Source: an uncultured Bacteroidota bacterium (lineage in GTDB: Bacteria; Bacteroidota; Bacteroidia; UKL13-3). Taken from it: DNA of 63,382 nt. This document shows, piece after piece, positions 1 to 9,772 of this stretch. A program made the position numbers and the translations under genes. Location of the stretch: the NCBI GenBank assembly GCA_903834625.1, contig CAILJQ010000265.1:1-63382 (forward strand), written 5' to 3'. The notes under the pieces are model-generated. The model was not told the DNA's origin. It searched no databases and saw only the letters and a program-made list of their open reading frames with translations. Every line of letters starts with the position of its first letter. The first letter of the stretch is position 1.

Positions 1-290
1 AAACCTCTAATAACGGGACTACCGCCACCTTGCTGACTTTTCTGCACAAATACCTTACCCGAAGTTTCTAACAAATCGGCAGTATTTTGTTTATTCCAAC
101 TGCGTATTTCTTTGCTATGAATAACTTCAATTTGTCTAGGAATATCTTTTAATTTTTCCTCGAACCTATCTCCAGAAATCACCAATTCTTGCATGGAAAA
201 ATCTGCACTATCTGTGAGCTTTTGGGCATTCAGCTGACCCAATAGTATAAGGCAGTAGGAGAGGGTAACTAAATAAACACGAGCTCGCAT
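1..290 (-). CDS. TonB-dependent receptor, N-terminal part (CDS runs off the window start)
   Basis: My own translation of the minus strand from the ATG at 290-288 gives MRARVYLVTLSYCLILLGQLNAQ (signal peptide), then ...DLLETSGKVFVQKSQQGGGSPVIRG, a plug-domain-like signature. The frame is open to the window edge. It is absent from the ORF track because it is truncated. Confidence 0.6.
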   Translation of the reverse strand, partial: MRARVYLVTLSYCLILLGQLNAQKLTDSADFSMQELVISGDRFEEKLKDIPRQIEVIHSKEIRSWNKQNTADLLETSGKVFVQKSQQGGGSPVIRG

Positions 291-359
291 GTTGCCAAAA
301 ATAAACAAATGCTTACAAAATTTAGGTACGGGATAATGTTTGTTTTGTTTAAAACAAAA

Positions 360-755
360 CTATCCAATAAACTGCTTGCGGTGTTTAACAGAAGGTAGGG
401 GGCAGTTATCATAAGCGCCAAATACTTTTTTTCTGTTGCGGGCTACCCATTGGTATACTGCTTTAGAGAATGCATTAGGAAGAAACCTGAAGATACGAAT
501 GGCTCTTAATGGATACCCACAATGCTTGGCAATTTGAAAGGCAGCGTGGTGGTATAAATATACCTGACCATGCTCTATAAATATAACCGAATCACAGCTT
601 TCCGGAATGTTCAATTGCTTGCGCAGTTTGCTGGCTATTTCAGATTGTAGAGAGGCAAAGCGTAATTCTCCTTTTGGTTCAGACCGCAATACCATTTTAA
701 TAAACCCATGGCAAAGAGCACAATTGCCATCGTATAATACCAACAAGGGTTCCAT
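360..755 (-). CDS. DCC1-like thiol-disulfide oxidoreductase (DUF393 family)
   Basis: 131 aa with the N-terminal YDGNCALCHG CxxC motif typical of DUF393/DCC proteins. Its ATG overlaps the upstream stop (TAATG at 753-757). Confidence 0.7.
   Translation of the reverse strand: MEPLLVLYDGNCALCHGFIKMVLRSEPKGELRFASLQSEIASKLRKQLNIPESCDSVIFIEHGQVYLYHHAAFQIAKHCGYPLRAIRIFRFLPNAFSKAVYQWVARNRKKVFGAYDNCPLPSVKHRKQFIG
676..685 (+). repeat. iterated motif copy GGTTCAGACC
   Basis: Read directly. Context CCTTTTGGTTCAGACCGCAAT. Antisense within the DCC gene. Confidence 0.9.
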
Positions 756-1156
756 TATTTCCTTTTGGCCATCTCTGGGTTAAATCTTACGGGAGAAAAA
801 AGGTGCAACATCAAAACCCTGGCATGTCTGTAGGTGATGGGCGAACCAATGATTAAGGCAGAGACAATTGGTATGACGTAATCCCAAAAGTCGGCCTGGC
901 CATTGCTTACCCATAAGATAAAGCCTCCTAATACAATCATTAAGCCTACTGTAAGCGCATAACTTACATACATAGCACCCCAAAAGAAGCCCGGCTCAAC
1001 CTCATATTTTAGTCCACAAACTTTGCAGTGGGTATCCATTTCCATGAATTTATTGAGCTTGTAAAAAGGGTAATTAAACATCTTACCACTCTGGCATTGC
1101 GGACATTTTCCTTTTCCTATGGCCATCCAACGGTTAGGTTCGTACAAATCGCACAT
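755..1156 (-). CDS. DUF983-like membrane protein with a 4-Cys zinc-ribbon
   Basis: 133 aa with CPQC...CKVC cysteine pairs followed by two hydrophobic helices. It is tightly packed in the cox operon tail. An alternative start is the ATG at 1126. Confidence 0.6.
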   Translation of the reverse strand: MCDLYEPNRWMAIGKGKCPQCQSGKMFNYPFYKLNKFMEMDTHCKVCGLKYEVEPGFFWGAMYVSYALTVGLMIVLGGFILWVSNGQADFWDYVIPIVSALIIGSPITYRHARVLMLHLFSPVRFNPEMAKRK

Positions 1157-1158
1157 AC

Positions 1159-1431
1159 TTATTGTTTTGTTTGAGAAAGGAGGGCTTGGGCAGCTTTCTT
1201 TTCTTTGTATTTTTTATAATAGATAAAACCAAAAGCACCCGCAATAGCATAAGGCAATACCAAGAGGTAAAGTATGCCATTATTGAGGGTACTTCCTACT
1301 TGGGTTTCTCCGTTTTCGCGTGCTTTTTCAATATTGCTTTTACACATGGCACATTGAGCCATTGCGGTAGAATTTACACTAAGCAATGCACCTATGAATA
1401 ATATAGCAAATACAAACTTCTTGAGTTTCAT
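1159..1431 (-). CDS. small secreted/membrane-anchored CxxC protein (hypothetical)
   Basis: The start is taken at the internal MKLKKF (ATG 1431-1429). It has a signal peptide ending AMAQ, then a CAMC motif and a C-terminal TM helix with a KKYKEKK tail. It lies 3 nt from the next gene. Confidence 0.5.
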   Translation of the reverse strand: MKLKKFVFAILFIGALLSVNSTAMAQCAMCKSNIEKARENGETQVGSTLNNGILYLLVLPYAIAGAFGFIYYKKYKEKKAAQALLSQTKQ

Positions 1432-1458
1432 GCAGCAAATATACAATTATAAAAAATG

Positions 1459-2010
1459 TTAATGCGGGTAATACGGGCTTATCATTAAATATACTACCAC
1501 ACCTGTAATGGTAACATATAACCAAATAGGATAGGAGAAGCGCACTATTTTTTTGTGCAACTCAACCTGCATTTGTAAGCCTCTATAAAAACTTAACAAG
1601 ACCAATGGAAGTACAACGGCGGCAAGAACAATATGTGATACCAATATGCTGTGGTAAATGCCAATATTGGGATTGTCTTCTGGAAAATAGGTTTGTGGTG
1701 CCAACCAATGGAAAAGAACGTAACTTACCAAGAAAATACTGCTTAAAATAAATGCAGTAATATTGATGGTTTTATGTGCGCTGATATTTTTTTGTTTGAT
1801 AAAATACAAAGACAAAAGCAGTAATAGACTGCAAGTGCCATTGATAATAGCATTGAGTTTAGGAAGGAAATAGGTCCACGAGGGCAGTTCACTAGGAACA
1901 GGCAATACCTTTCGGTTCAGAACGATAACAGCAATAAAAACAACTACTGAAATGCCTATTGCAAACCTGAAAAATTGTTGGTCTTTATTTGGCTGGGTGG
2001 TGGTACTCAT
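1459..2010 (-). CDS. DUF420 family membrane protein (cytochrome-oxidase-associated)
   Basis: Multi-TM protein in the position typical of DUF420 after SCO in cox clusters. I chose the start at MSTTTQP (ATG 2010-2008) instead of the longer ORF-track start at 2079, which would lie deep inside the SCO gene. Confidence 0.7.
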   Translation of the reverse strand: MSTTTQPNKDQQFFRFAIGISVVVFIAVIVLNRKVLPVPSELPSWTYFLPKLNAIINGTCSLLLLLSLYFIKQKNISAHKTINITAFILSSIFLVSYVLFHWLAPQTYFPEDNPNIGIYHSILVSHIVLAAVVLPLVLLSFYRGLQMQVELHKKIVRFSYPIWLYVTITGVVVYLMISPYYPH

Positions 2011-2635
2011 ATAATAAAACTTTAATGTCTTCCTCCAGGCGTTTGATATCGGCATCACTAAAGCTGTCGTATACGCCACGGATTCTTTTTTGTTTGTCTA
2101 CCAAAATAAACTGCTGACTGTGGTCAATTGTTTTGTCTTCTTTAGACACAGGCAATAAAAAGCTTTGTCCAATTTTTACCAGGTCGTCGCGGGTAGTTTT
2201 TACAAAATGCCAAATGGCTGGGTTGGCATTAAATTTTCCGGCATAAGCATCCAGAACAATAAAGCTATCGTTTTCTGGGTCAACTGTAAAAGAAACGATT
2301 TCAATTTCAGAAAACTCTTTAAATTTTTCGTATACCTTGCTCAACCTGCGGTTCATGGTTGGACAAACATCTTTGCAACTGGCAAAGAAAAAATTGGCAA
2401 TATAAATGCTGTTGGTAAGGTCTTTTTGCGAGAAGGCTCGTCCTTTTTGGTCGAAGCCATTAAAGTCTGTTACGGTATGATACACCGTATCCATTTGCGA
2501 GACGCCATCTGGTGGAATGCGTTCTCCGAGTATAGGCAGGGTTTTAAAATTCTGCGAGCCTGCGTTGAGTATATAAAAAATAACAACCGGTACTACAAGT
2601 AGTCCGGTTGTTACCCAAAATCCTTTTCTTTTCAT
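1985..2635 (-). CDS. SCO1/SenC family copper chaperone
   Basis: 216 aa with an N-terminal TM helix, a thioredoxin-like fold and the CKDVCP (CxxxC) copper-binding motif. Its start overlaps the stop of the subunit IV gene. Confidence 0.85.
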   Translation of the reverse strand: MKRKGFWVTTGLLVVPVVIFYILNAGSQNFKTLPILGERIPPDGVSQMDTVYHTVTDFNGFDQKGRAFSQKDLTNSIYIANFFFASCKDVCPTMNRRLSKVYEKFKEFSEIEIVSFTVDPENDSFIVLDAYAGKFNANPAIWHFVKTTRDDLVKIGQSFLLPVSKEDKTIDHSQQFILVDKQKRIRGVYDSFSDADIKRLEEDIKVLLYEYHHPAK

Positions 2636-2970
2636 TATTTAACCCATCTAAGCATGTTGGTAAAATTCCCTTCAATAATCATGAGGGCAACCAAAAACAC
2701 TACAAATAACATGGGTAGAATGATGGTATACATAAGGACTTTTCTTTCAAATTTCATGTGCATGAAAACCCCTACGATATAATAAGCTTTTACCACACCA
2801 AGGATAATAAATACCCAATTTTTAAGAATAGAGTGGTTGCTTAATAACATAAAATACAAAGCAATATCAACGATAGTTAAGGCGAATAAAATCCAAAATG
2901 TTTTCCAGATTTGGCTTTTCATATCGTGTGGAGTTTCTGTGTGCTCCAAGTGTTCTTCTGTATGTTGCAT
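2635..2970 (-). CDS. cytochrome c oxidase subunit IV family protein
   Basis: 111 aa three-helix membrane protein located directly after the two subunit III genes. Confidence 0.7.
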   Translation of the reverse strand: MQHTEEHLEHTETPHDMKSQIWKTFWILFALTIVDIALYFMLLSNHSILKNWVFIILGVVKAYYIVGVFMHMKFERKVLMYTIILPMLFVVFLVALMIIEGNFTNMLRWVK

Positions 2971-2998
2971 GATCTTTTCTTTTTAAGGTTATAAATAA

Positions 2999-3751
2999 TT
3001 AGAGCAAATAGTAAAAGGTAAATACGAATACCCAAACCAAGTCTACAAAGTGCCAGTACAAGCCTACTTTTTCAACCATTTCATAGTGGCCTCTTTTTTC
3101 GTAGGTACCTGCTAATACGTTTAAATAAATAATGACATTTAGCACTACTCCAGAGAATACGTGGAAACCATGGAAGCCTGTTACAATAAAGAACAATGCT
3201 GCAAAAGAGCGCGGTCCAAACGGATTGGAATACAACCTAGCGCCTTCGCCAATAAAGGTATTCCATTCCCATGCCTGGCAACCTAAGAAAGCGGCACCAC
3301 CTATAATGGTAAGTAACATGTATTTGGCCACTTCGTCTTTAGCCATGCGGTGACCAGCCTCAACGGCCAATACCATGGTAACAGAACTAAAGATGAGAAT
3401 GAAGGTCATTAAACTTACAAAGAACAAAGGCAAATGGATGCCATGGATGAATGGGAAATGGTTGAACACCAACTCTGGTGAAGGCCAATTTTCTTGAACA
3501 AACAAGCCAGCTTGTTGCATATGCTCCACAAAATTGTGACCCACATCTGAAAGGGGTTTAACAATCTCGTTAGGGATAGGTGATTGGTAGCTGTGACGGA
3601 TAAATCCGTATGCAATCAGGAGAGATGAAAAGGTGAATGCATCAGAAAGTAAGAAGATCCACATCATTAACTTTCCGTAGCTTACACTAAATGGTGATTT
3701 ACCACCGCCCCATGTAAACTTTTTCTCAGTGCTTAAAGTGTTTGTAGCCAT
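2999..3751 (-). CDS. ctaE: cytochrome c oxidase subunit III
   Basis: 250 aa polytopic protein with a C-terminal YWHFVDLVWVFVF motif characteristic of subunit III. Confidence 0.85.
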   Translation of the reverse strand: MATNTLSTEKKFTWGGGKSPFSVSYGKLMMWIFLLSDAFTFSSLLIAYGFIRHSYQSPIPNEIVKPLSDVGHNFVEHMQQAGLFVQENWPSPELVFNHFPFIHGIHLPLFFVSLMTFILIFSSVTMVLAVEAGHRMAKDEVAKYMLLTIIGGAAFLGCQAWEWNTFIGEGARLYSNPFGPRSFAALFFIVTGFHGFHVFSGVVLNVIIYLNVLAGTYEKRGHYEMVEKVGLYWHFVDLVWVFVFTFYYLL

Positions 3752-3781
3752 TTTTGAATTATGCGTTGTTTAGGTTATTAA

Positions 3782-4357
3782 TTATCTGTACAGGTATAAG
3801 AAAATGTATAAATAAATCCATAAGATACCAATGAAGTGCCAATAGGTAACACACATGTTAAGGTATAATGTGGCTTTACTGTTGATTTTTTGAAAGAAAG
3901 CATTTCCTACCATCACGGCTAAGAAAATGAGTCCGCCAATTACGTGAAACAAATGCACGCCAGAAATCACGTACACAAATGAATTGGAAGGATTTGAAAA
4001 GGCAAAAAACACATTGTCTGCAATCAATTGTTTCCAGGCATACCATTGGCCAAAACAGAAGCCAATTCCCAAAAGCAAGGTGATGCTTAAAAAAGAACTT
4101 ACTTTTTGTAATTGGTCTTTTTTAGCCGCGCTGTAAGCCAATTGTATAAATAAGGAAGAGGCAATGATTAAAAGTGTATTTACTAAAAAGAGGGAAGGCA
4201 AATTAAAAACCTCCCAATTTCCTTCTCCACGACGCACAATGTATGCGCTTGTGAAGCCCGCAAATAACATCACACTGGCAACGATCAACAACCAAAGTAC
4301 AAATTTCTTTGGGTTAATTACGTAGTCTTGTTCGTTAGGTATAGTTTGACTGCTCAT
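3782..4357 (-). CDS. cytochrome c oxidase subunit III family protein (second copy)
   Basis: 191 aa, about 5 TM helices, with a C-terminal YWHFIGILWIYLY motif. It is adjacent to ctaE. Confidence 0.8.
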   Translation of the reverse strand: MSSQTIPNEQDYVINPKKFVLWLLIVASVMLFAGFTSAYIVRRGEGNWEVFNLPSLFLVNTLLIIASSLFIQLAYSAAKKDQLQKVSSFLSITLLLGIGFCFGQWYAWKQLIADNVFFAFSNPSNSFVYVISGVHLFHVIGGLIFLAVMVGNAFFQKINSKATLYLNMCVTYWHFIGILWIYLYIFLYLYR

Positions 4358-4359
4358 GT

Positions 4360-5268
4360 TTAAATTTTATCAAATAAATAAGCCAATTGAACCATGGGTA
4401 GATAAACAAAAGAGGCGAACATCAATTTCTTGGCGTCGGCAATTTCACAAGACCTAAATAATTTATAAGAATAGTAGCTTAACATCAACCCACCTAAGGC
4501 GCCAATGATGGCAGAACTTACACCTGCTACTCCATATTGGTATGGGAGCATGCCAATAGGAATAAGTACTAAACTAAAAGTGAGGGTTTGTAAAGCAGTT
4601 CCTTTATCTCTTCCAGGAGTGCTTGGCAACATTTTAAATCCTGCTCTTTTGTAGTCGTCGTCTAATATCCATGCGATACTCCAAAAGTGAGGGAATTGCC
4701 AGAAGAATTGCACGCCAAACAAAATGAGTGCGGGCATATCAATGGCTCCTGTATAAGCTACCCAACCTAATAAAGTGGGAATGGCACCCGGAAAAGCACC
4801 CACAAAAACAGATATAGGAGAAATTCTTTTAAGCGGTGTATATACAAAGGCATAACTCAATAATGCGCCTAAGGCCAACCAACCACTTAAAGGATTTAAA
4901 TAGGTACGAATAATCATTACCCCAAGTAAGCCCATCAGCAAGCTAACTACAGAGGCTTCGGTAACACTCATTCTATTGGTAGCAACTGGCCTATTGGCAG
5001 TTCTAACCATTAGTTTATCAAAGTCTTTTTCAATTACTTGGTTGATCCCATTGGAAGCACCTGTAACCAAAAAACCACCCAAGGATAACATGGCCACCTC
5101 AAACCAATTGATGGCACCTGCACTGGCGGTAAGGTAGGTTACCACAGAAGAGAACACCACCAAAAAGGTAAGACGAAATTTAACCAATTGGTTATAATCT
5201 CTCGCCTTAGCTCTCAGGAAACTGATTTCTGCTAATGGTTCGTTTGTATGTACTGTTTTTACTTCCAC
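4360..5268 (-). CDS. cyoE: protoheme IX farnesyltransferase (heme O synthase)
   Basis: 302 aa UbiA-type prenyltransferase with the motif GINQVIEKDFDKLMVRTANRP (NxxxDxxxD). GTG start. Located in the cox cluster. Confidence 0.9.
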   Translation of the reverse strand: MEVKTVHTNEPLAEISFLRAKARDYNQLVKFRLTFLVVFSSVVTYLTASAGAINWFEVAMLSLGGFLVTGASNGINQVIEKDFDKLMVRTANRPVATNRMSVTEASVVSLLMGLLGVMIIRTYLNPLSGWLALGALLSYAFVYTPLKRISPISVFVGAFPGAIPTLLGWVAYTGAIDMPALILFGVQFFWQFPHFWSIAWILDDDYKRAGFKMLPSTPGRDKGTALQTLTFSLVLIPIGMLPYQYGVAGVSSAIIGALGGLMLSYYSYKLFRSCEIADAKKLMFASFVYLPMVQLAYLFDKI

Positions 5269-5271
5269 GTA

Positions 5272-6243
5272 TTAAACGTTTTCTTTATTGAATTTAATTT
5301 TTGTAAACACCAAGATGGCAATGAAAATTTGCAATCCTGCTGTTAAACTACCCAAAGTAAGGTGAATGCTTTGGAATTGGGCTGGAAAACCTAGGTTCGC
5401 CAAAACAGCTCCAGTTAATGCTTGGGTACTCATTAACAACAACAAAGCCAAGGAGGCCTTGTAAAGCAAAGAATGGCGGTCGAAGAGGTTTTTGAATTTA
5501 TACATCAGAAAAGCACTCATGCCTAAATTCAATAAACTCCAACTTCTATGCGCTTTAAACAACAACCCCAATTGATCAACCCAAACATTGCGGTCGTCAA
5601 ATCTCTTGGCAACTTCATCTACCATCTCTCTTACTTGGGTTCCGCTTATGGTCTGAACCAAAGAGATGAGAAGAGTAAATAATACCAAGGTTTTTAAAGG
5701 TTTGTATGTTTGGTTTTGATGAATCACAAAATCTTGGCTGGCTGTAACTGTGTATATCAACAATGCCACAATAACCAAAGCCAATAACATGTGAATGGTT
5801 ATCATGTATACCGACAAATCGCTGGAAACTACCTTTGATCCTATCCAACCTTGGTAACCTACTAACATAAAAGCCAAGAAGCTTAGCCAGAATATTTTTT
5901 TGTTGTTACTCTTAAGGTAAGGAAAAGCAAAAATAACAGTGAGCAAAATAAGAAAGCCAATAACCACACCTATTAACCTGTTGATGTATTCTGTCCATGT
6001 TTTAAACACGTCGAAGTCGGCTATTTCTTTACCTGCCACGGCAAATTTTGTTTTGTAATCATCGGGTAGTTGACTCACATCGGTAGGAGGTACAAGGTGA
6101 CCGAAGCACTTTGGCCAATCGGGGCAACCCATTCCACTACCGGTGCTTCGCACCAATCCACCTACAAATATGAGAAAGAACACTGCCGCTATGGTAAGTA
6201 TACCAAAGCGTCTGAATCTATTTTGTTTGTTTGTTTCTATCAC
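5272..6243 (-). CDS. ctaA: COX15/CtaA family heme A synthase
   Basis: 323 aa, about 8 TM helices, with the N-terminal GSGMGCPDWPKCFG motif. GTG start. Confidence 0.8.
   Translation of the reverse strand: MIETNKQNRFRRFGILTIAAVFFLIFVGGLVRSTGSGMGCPDWPKCFGHLVPPTDVSQLPDDYKTKFAVAGKEIADFDVFKTWTEYINRLIGVVIGFLILLTVIFAFPYLKSNNKKIFWLSFLAFMLVGYQGWIGSKVVSSDLSVYMITIHMLLALVIVALLIYTVTASQDFVIHQNQTYKPLKTLVLFTLLISLVQTISGTQVREMVDEVAKRFDDRNVWVDQLGLLFKAHRSWSLLNLGMSAFLMYKFKNLFDRHSLLYKASLALLLLMSTQALTGAVLANLGFPAQFQSIHLTLGSLTAGLQIFIAILVFTKIKFNKENV
5650..5659 (-). repeat. iterated motif copy GGTTCAGACC
   Basis: The plus strand reads GGTCTGAACC. In the sense of ctaA it encodes LVQTI. Confidence 0.9.
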
Positions 6244-6298
6244 AAGTAATTTTTACAACACCTGTATGATTTGTGGCATACAGGTGTTGTGAATTGTA

Positions 6299-8143
6299 TT
6301 AAGCTACCGCGTGTGCTGATGTAGTTGCGTGTGAGGCAACTGGCAATCCTGTGCTTTCTTCCATAGGGTCGGTTTGACCGGCATCTGGAATATTTTGAGG
6401 AATGAAATCTTCTTCTGCACCTGGTTTGCTATAGTCGTATGCCCAACGGTAAACATGAGGAATTTCGCCAGGCCAGTTACCATGTAAATGTTCAACTGGA
6501 GCTGTCCACTCTAAAGTATTAGAATTCCAAGGGTTTTGAGGAGCACGTTTTCCTTTGTAAATACTGATAAAGAAGTTACCTAAGAAAATTAACTGAGCAA
6601 CTCCACCAAGGATAGCTGCAATGGTAATAAACTCATTCATGTCTACGAACACATTAAATTGGTCGTAGGCAGTATTGGCATAATAACGACGAGGTACACC
6701 AGCTAATCCCATGAAGTGCATTGGGAAGAACACACAATAGGCAGAGATAATGGTTAACCAGAAGTGGATATGACCAGCAGTTTCGTTCATCATTCTACCG
6801 AACAATTTTGGATACCAGTGGTAAATACCACTCATCATACCAAAAATAGCGGCACTACCCATTACCAAGTGGAAGTGGGCAACAACGAAATACGTATCAT
6901 GTAATTCAATATCTAATGCAGCATTACCTAAGTAAATACCTGTTAAACCTCCAGAGATAAAGAAAGAAACCAAACCAATAGCAAACATCATGGCAGGAGT
7001 TAATTTTAAGTTTCCTTTCCATAAGGTGGCCAAGTAGTTAAATGTTTTCACCGCAGAAGGTACCGCAATAATTAAGGTTCCCAACATAAATACTGAACCT
7101 AAGAATGGGTTCATACCGGTAATAAACATGTGGTGACCCCAAACAATGAAAGATAAAATACCAATGGCTAAGATAGAGCCAATCATTGCACGGTAACCAA
7201 AAATAGGTTTACGTGAATTGGTGGCAATAACTTCAGAGGTAATACCTAATGCAGGTAATAGGATAATGTATACTTCTGGGTGACCAAGGAACCAGAATAA
7301 GTGTTGGAACAAAATAGGTGAACCACCTGTACGCTCGATGCCACCTGCAAATTCAGCAACAATTTCTGAAAGGTAAAAAGAAGTACCAAAGCTTCTGTCA
7401 AAAATCAATAACAATGAACCACCTAATAAAACTGGGAAAGAAAGTAAACCTAAGATAGCTGTTACTAAAAACGCCCAGATAGTTAAAGGTAAACGGGTCA
7501 TTTTCATACCCATGGTTCTCATGTTTAATACAGTGGCAATGTAGTTGATACCACCCAAAAGGGCAGAAGCAATAAACAATACCATGGCAACCAACCAAAG
7601 GGTCATACCCGTACCGGAACCAGGAATGGCTTTAGGCAAGGCCGACAATGGCGGGTAAACTGTCCAACCTGCAGAAGCTGGTCCACCATCTACAAACAAA
7701 GAGATGATTAACACTGCTGAAGAAAGGAAGAAAAACCAATAAGATAACATATTCATGAAAGGAGAGGCCATATCTCTGGCTCCAACTTGCAATGGAATTA
7801 AAAGGTTTGAAAAGGTTCCGCTTAATCCTGCGGTTAATACGTAAAATACCATGATGGTACCGTGGATGGTAATCAAGGCCAAATAAAAATTTGGATCCAA
7901 TTTACCGTCTTTGCCCCAATGTCCAATGATACCTTCTAAGAATGGGAAGGTCATGTTAGGGTAAGCCAATTGTAAACGGAAAATCAAAGACATCAACATT
8001 CCTATGGTACCCATAATGATACCAGTAATTAGGAACTGCCTTGCAATCATTTTGTGGTCCATGCTGAACACATACTTCGAGATGAAGTTGTCTTCATGGT
8101 GCTCATGTTCCTCGTGGTTGTGGTGCGTATTGTGATCGCTCAT
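6299..8143 (-). CDS. ctaD: cytochrome c oxidase subunit I
   Basis: 614 aa with the heme-copper oxidase signatures GHPEVYIILLPALG and VWGHHMF and at least 12 TM helices. Confidence 0.95.
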   Translation of the reverse strand: MSDHNTHHNHEEHEHHEDNFISKYVFSMDHKMIARQFLITGIIMGTIGMLMSLIFRLQLAYPNMTFPFLEGIIGHWGKDGKLDPNFYLALITIHGTIMVFYVLTAGLSGTFSNLLIPLQVGARDMASPFMNMLSYWFFFLSSAVLIISLFVDGGPASAGWTVYPPLSALPKAIPGSGTGMTLWLVAMVLFIASALLGGINYIATVLNMRTMGMKMTRLPLTIWAFLVTAILGLLSFPVLLGGSLLLIFDRSFGTSFYLSEIVAEFAGGIERTGGSPILFQHLFWFLGHPEVYIILLPALGITSEVIATNSRKPIFGYRAMIGSILAIGILSFIVWGHHMFITGMNPFLGSVFMLGTLIIAVPSAVKTFNYLATLWKGNLKLTPAMMFAIGLVSFFISGGLTGIYLGNAALDIELHDTYFVVAHFHLVMGSAAIFGMMSGIYHWYPKLFGRMMNETAGHIHFWLTIISAYCVFFPMHFMGLAGVPRRYYANTAYDQFNVFVDMNEFITIAAILGGVAQLIFLGNFFISIYKGKRAPQNPWNSNTLEWTAPVEHLHGNWPGEIPHVYRWAYDYSKPGAEEDFIPQNIPDAGQTDPMEESTGLPVASHATTSAHAVA

Positions 8144-8173
8144 ATAATTTTAGTTTTTTTTTCTGATGGGAGA

Positions 8174-9607
8174 TTAATTTAATGCAACGGCTTTGTTGGC
8201 TGTTTTGTTTGCAACCAATACAGATTGTGAACTCATCCACTTTTTGTAATCTTCTTTAGAGTCAACTACCACCTTCATTTTCATGCGGTAATGGGCGCTT
8301 CCACAAATTTTGTTGCATAACAACACGTAATCAAAAGTAGGTTTACCTGTTTTTGTACGCATTTCATTAGTTGTAACAGTTGGGGTGAAAGAGAACTTGG
8401 TTGGTAAACCAGGTACCACGTTCATTTGAACACGGAAATGTGGCATCAAGGCACTATGAATTACATCTTTTGCACGGAAAGCCAAATCAACAGGTTGGTT
8501 CACTTCAAGGTGAAGTTCATTGGTTACCACATCATCGTATGCATTAACATCATTGGTGTCAACACCCAATTGGTTAATTACACCAACTTCACGGAAATTG
8601 TGTGCACCTAATTTATTGTCAACACCAGCATAACGTGCATTCCAACCAAACTGGTAAGCAAAGATTTCAATCTTTCTTCCATTTTGCTCTTTTGGATACA
8701 TCATATCATTCCAAACAATCAAACCACGGATTACTAATACAGTTAAAACAATAGCTGGAACTACTGTCCACAACAATTCAATTTTATGGTTATCTGGATA
8801 GTATAAAGCTTTTCTTTTTCCGTCTGACTTGTATTTGAAACCATACCAGAACAATAAGATTTGTGTGATCACAAATACAACGCCTGTTAAAACAAGGGTA
8901 ATCATAAACATGTCATCATACTCAGCACCGTGGGCAGAGGCAGGTCCGTAGTTAAAAATGGTGTGTTTGCTATGTGCACTAAATTCCCAAACAATGGCAC
9001 CCATACCAACTACCAAGAACACAATTAATAAAACAGAGTTTAATTGATTCCAATTAACTACTGGTTTACCTTGGATGTCTCCAATTCTACTTAGGATAGA
9101 GAATACTTGGGTGATGATAAATACCAATAAGGCAACAATGATGAACAACAACCAATTGATCATTGATTTCCAATCTCCATCATTGCTAGCTGTTGTGGCA
9201 GTTGCAGCATCGGCTGTAGCATTGGCAACTGGTGCCGCAGCAGGAGCTTCACTTTCGGCTTTTACATATGCTAAAATAGATTTGATTTGTACGTCAGACA
9301 ATTGTTCAAATGAGGTCATGATGCCCTCATTATTTTCTTTGTAAACCTGCACAGCAATAGGATCGCCGCTTTTTACCATAGCTTGTGAATTCTTAATCCA
9401 CTTCAAAAGCCATGCTTCTTCTCTGCGTTTCGAAACATCTTTCAGGGCGGGGCCTACTACTTTGTCATTTATTGCATGACAGGCCGTACAATTTGCGTTA
9501 AAAAGCGTTTTGCCTTCGTCTACACTTTGCGCTGAGAGCGACAAGGTGAAGGAAAACAAAACTGCAATAACGAAGGTAATTTTAGATAACAGATTGAGAA
9601 TCTTCAT
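8174..9607 (-). CDS. ctaC: cytochrome c oxidase subunit II with an N-terminal cytochrome c domain
   Basis: 477 aa. It has a signal peptide, the heme c site CTACH, an Ala/Thr-rich linker, TM helices, and the CuA site DVIHS...CNKICGSAHYRM. Confidence 0.9.
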   Translation of the reverse strand: MKILNLLSKITFVIAVLFSFTLSLSAQSVDEGKTLFNANCTACHAINDKVVGPALKDVSKRREEAWLLKWIKNSQAMVKSGDPIAVQVYKENNEGIMTSFEQLSDVQIKSILAYVKAESEAPAAAPVANATADAATATTASNDGDWKSMINWLLFIIVALLVFIITQVFSILSRIGDIQGKPVVNWNQLNSVLLIVFLVVGMGAIVWEFSAHSKHTIFNYGPASAHGAEYDDMFMITLVLTGVVFVITQILLFWYGFKYKSDGKRKALYYPDNHKIELLWTVVPAIVLTVLVIRGLIVWNDMMYPKEQNGRKIEIFAYQFGWNARYAGVDNKLGAHNFREVGVINQLGVDTNDVNAYDDVVTNELHLEVNQPVDLAFRAKDVIHSALMPHFRVQMNVVPGLPTKFSFTPTVTTNEMRTKTGKPTFDYVLLCNKICGSAHYRMKMKVVVDSKEDYKKWMSSQSVLVANKTANKAVALN

Positions 9608-9772
9608 TTTTGTTAGCTTTTTTTAGATTACAGTTGGGTTAAAATGCGGTGCAATATATGTAAAGTAATTTTTTTGTAAATACGTTTTTTGAGATAAATC
9701 ATTTTTTTACTCCTAACGAATGTTAGTTTTACAATTTTCTCAGATAATACTAGATAAAAAGGTATTCTTGTC

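Noticed and set aside
342-360. AT-only palindrome GTTTTGTTTAAAACAAAAC at the stop of the DCC-like gene, considered as a terminator
   Set aside because: The stem has only 2 G:C pairs in 9, a 1-nt loop and no clear T-tract, so it is too weak to call.
1459-2079. Long form of the DUF420 ORF, starting 69 nt further upstream
   Set aside because: It would overlap the SCO gene by 95 nt. The internal ATG at 2010 gives a typical N-terminus and a 26-nt overlap.
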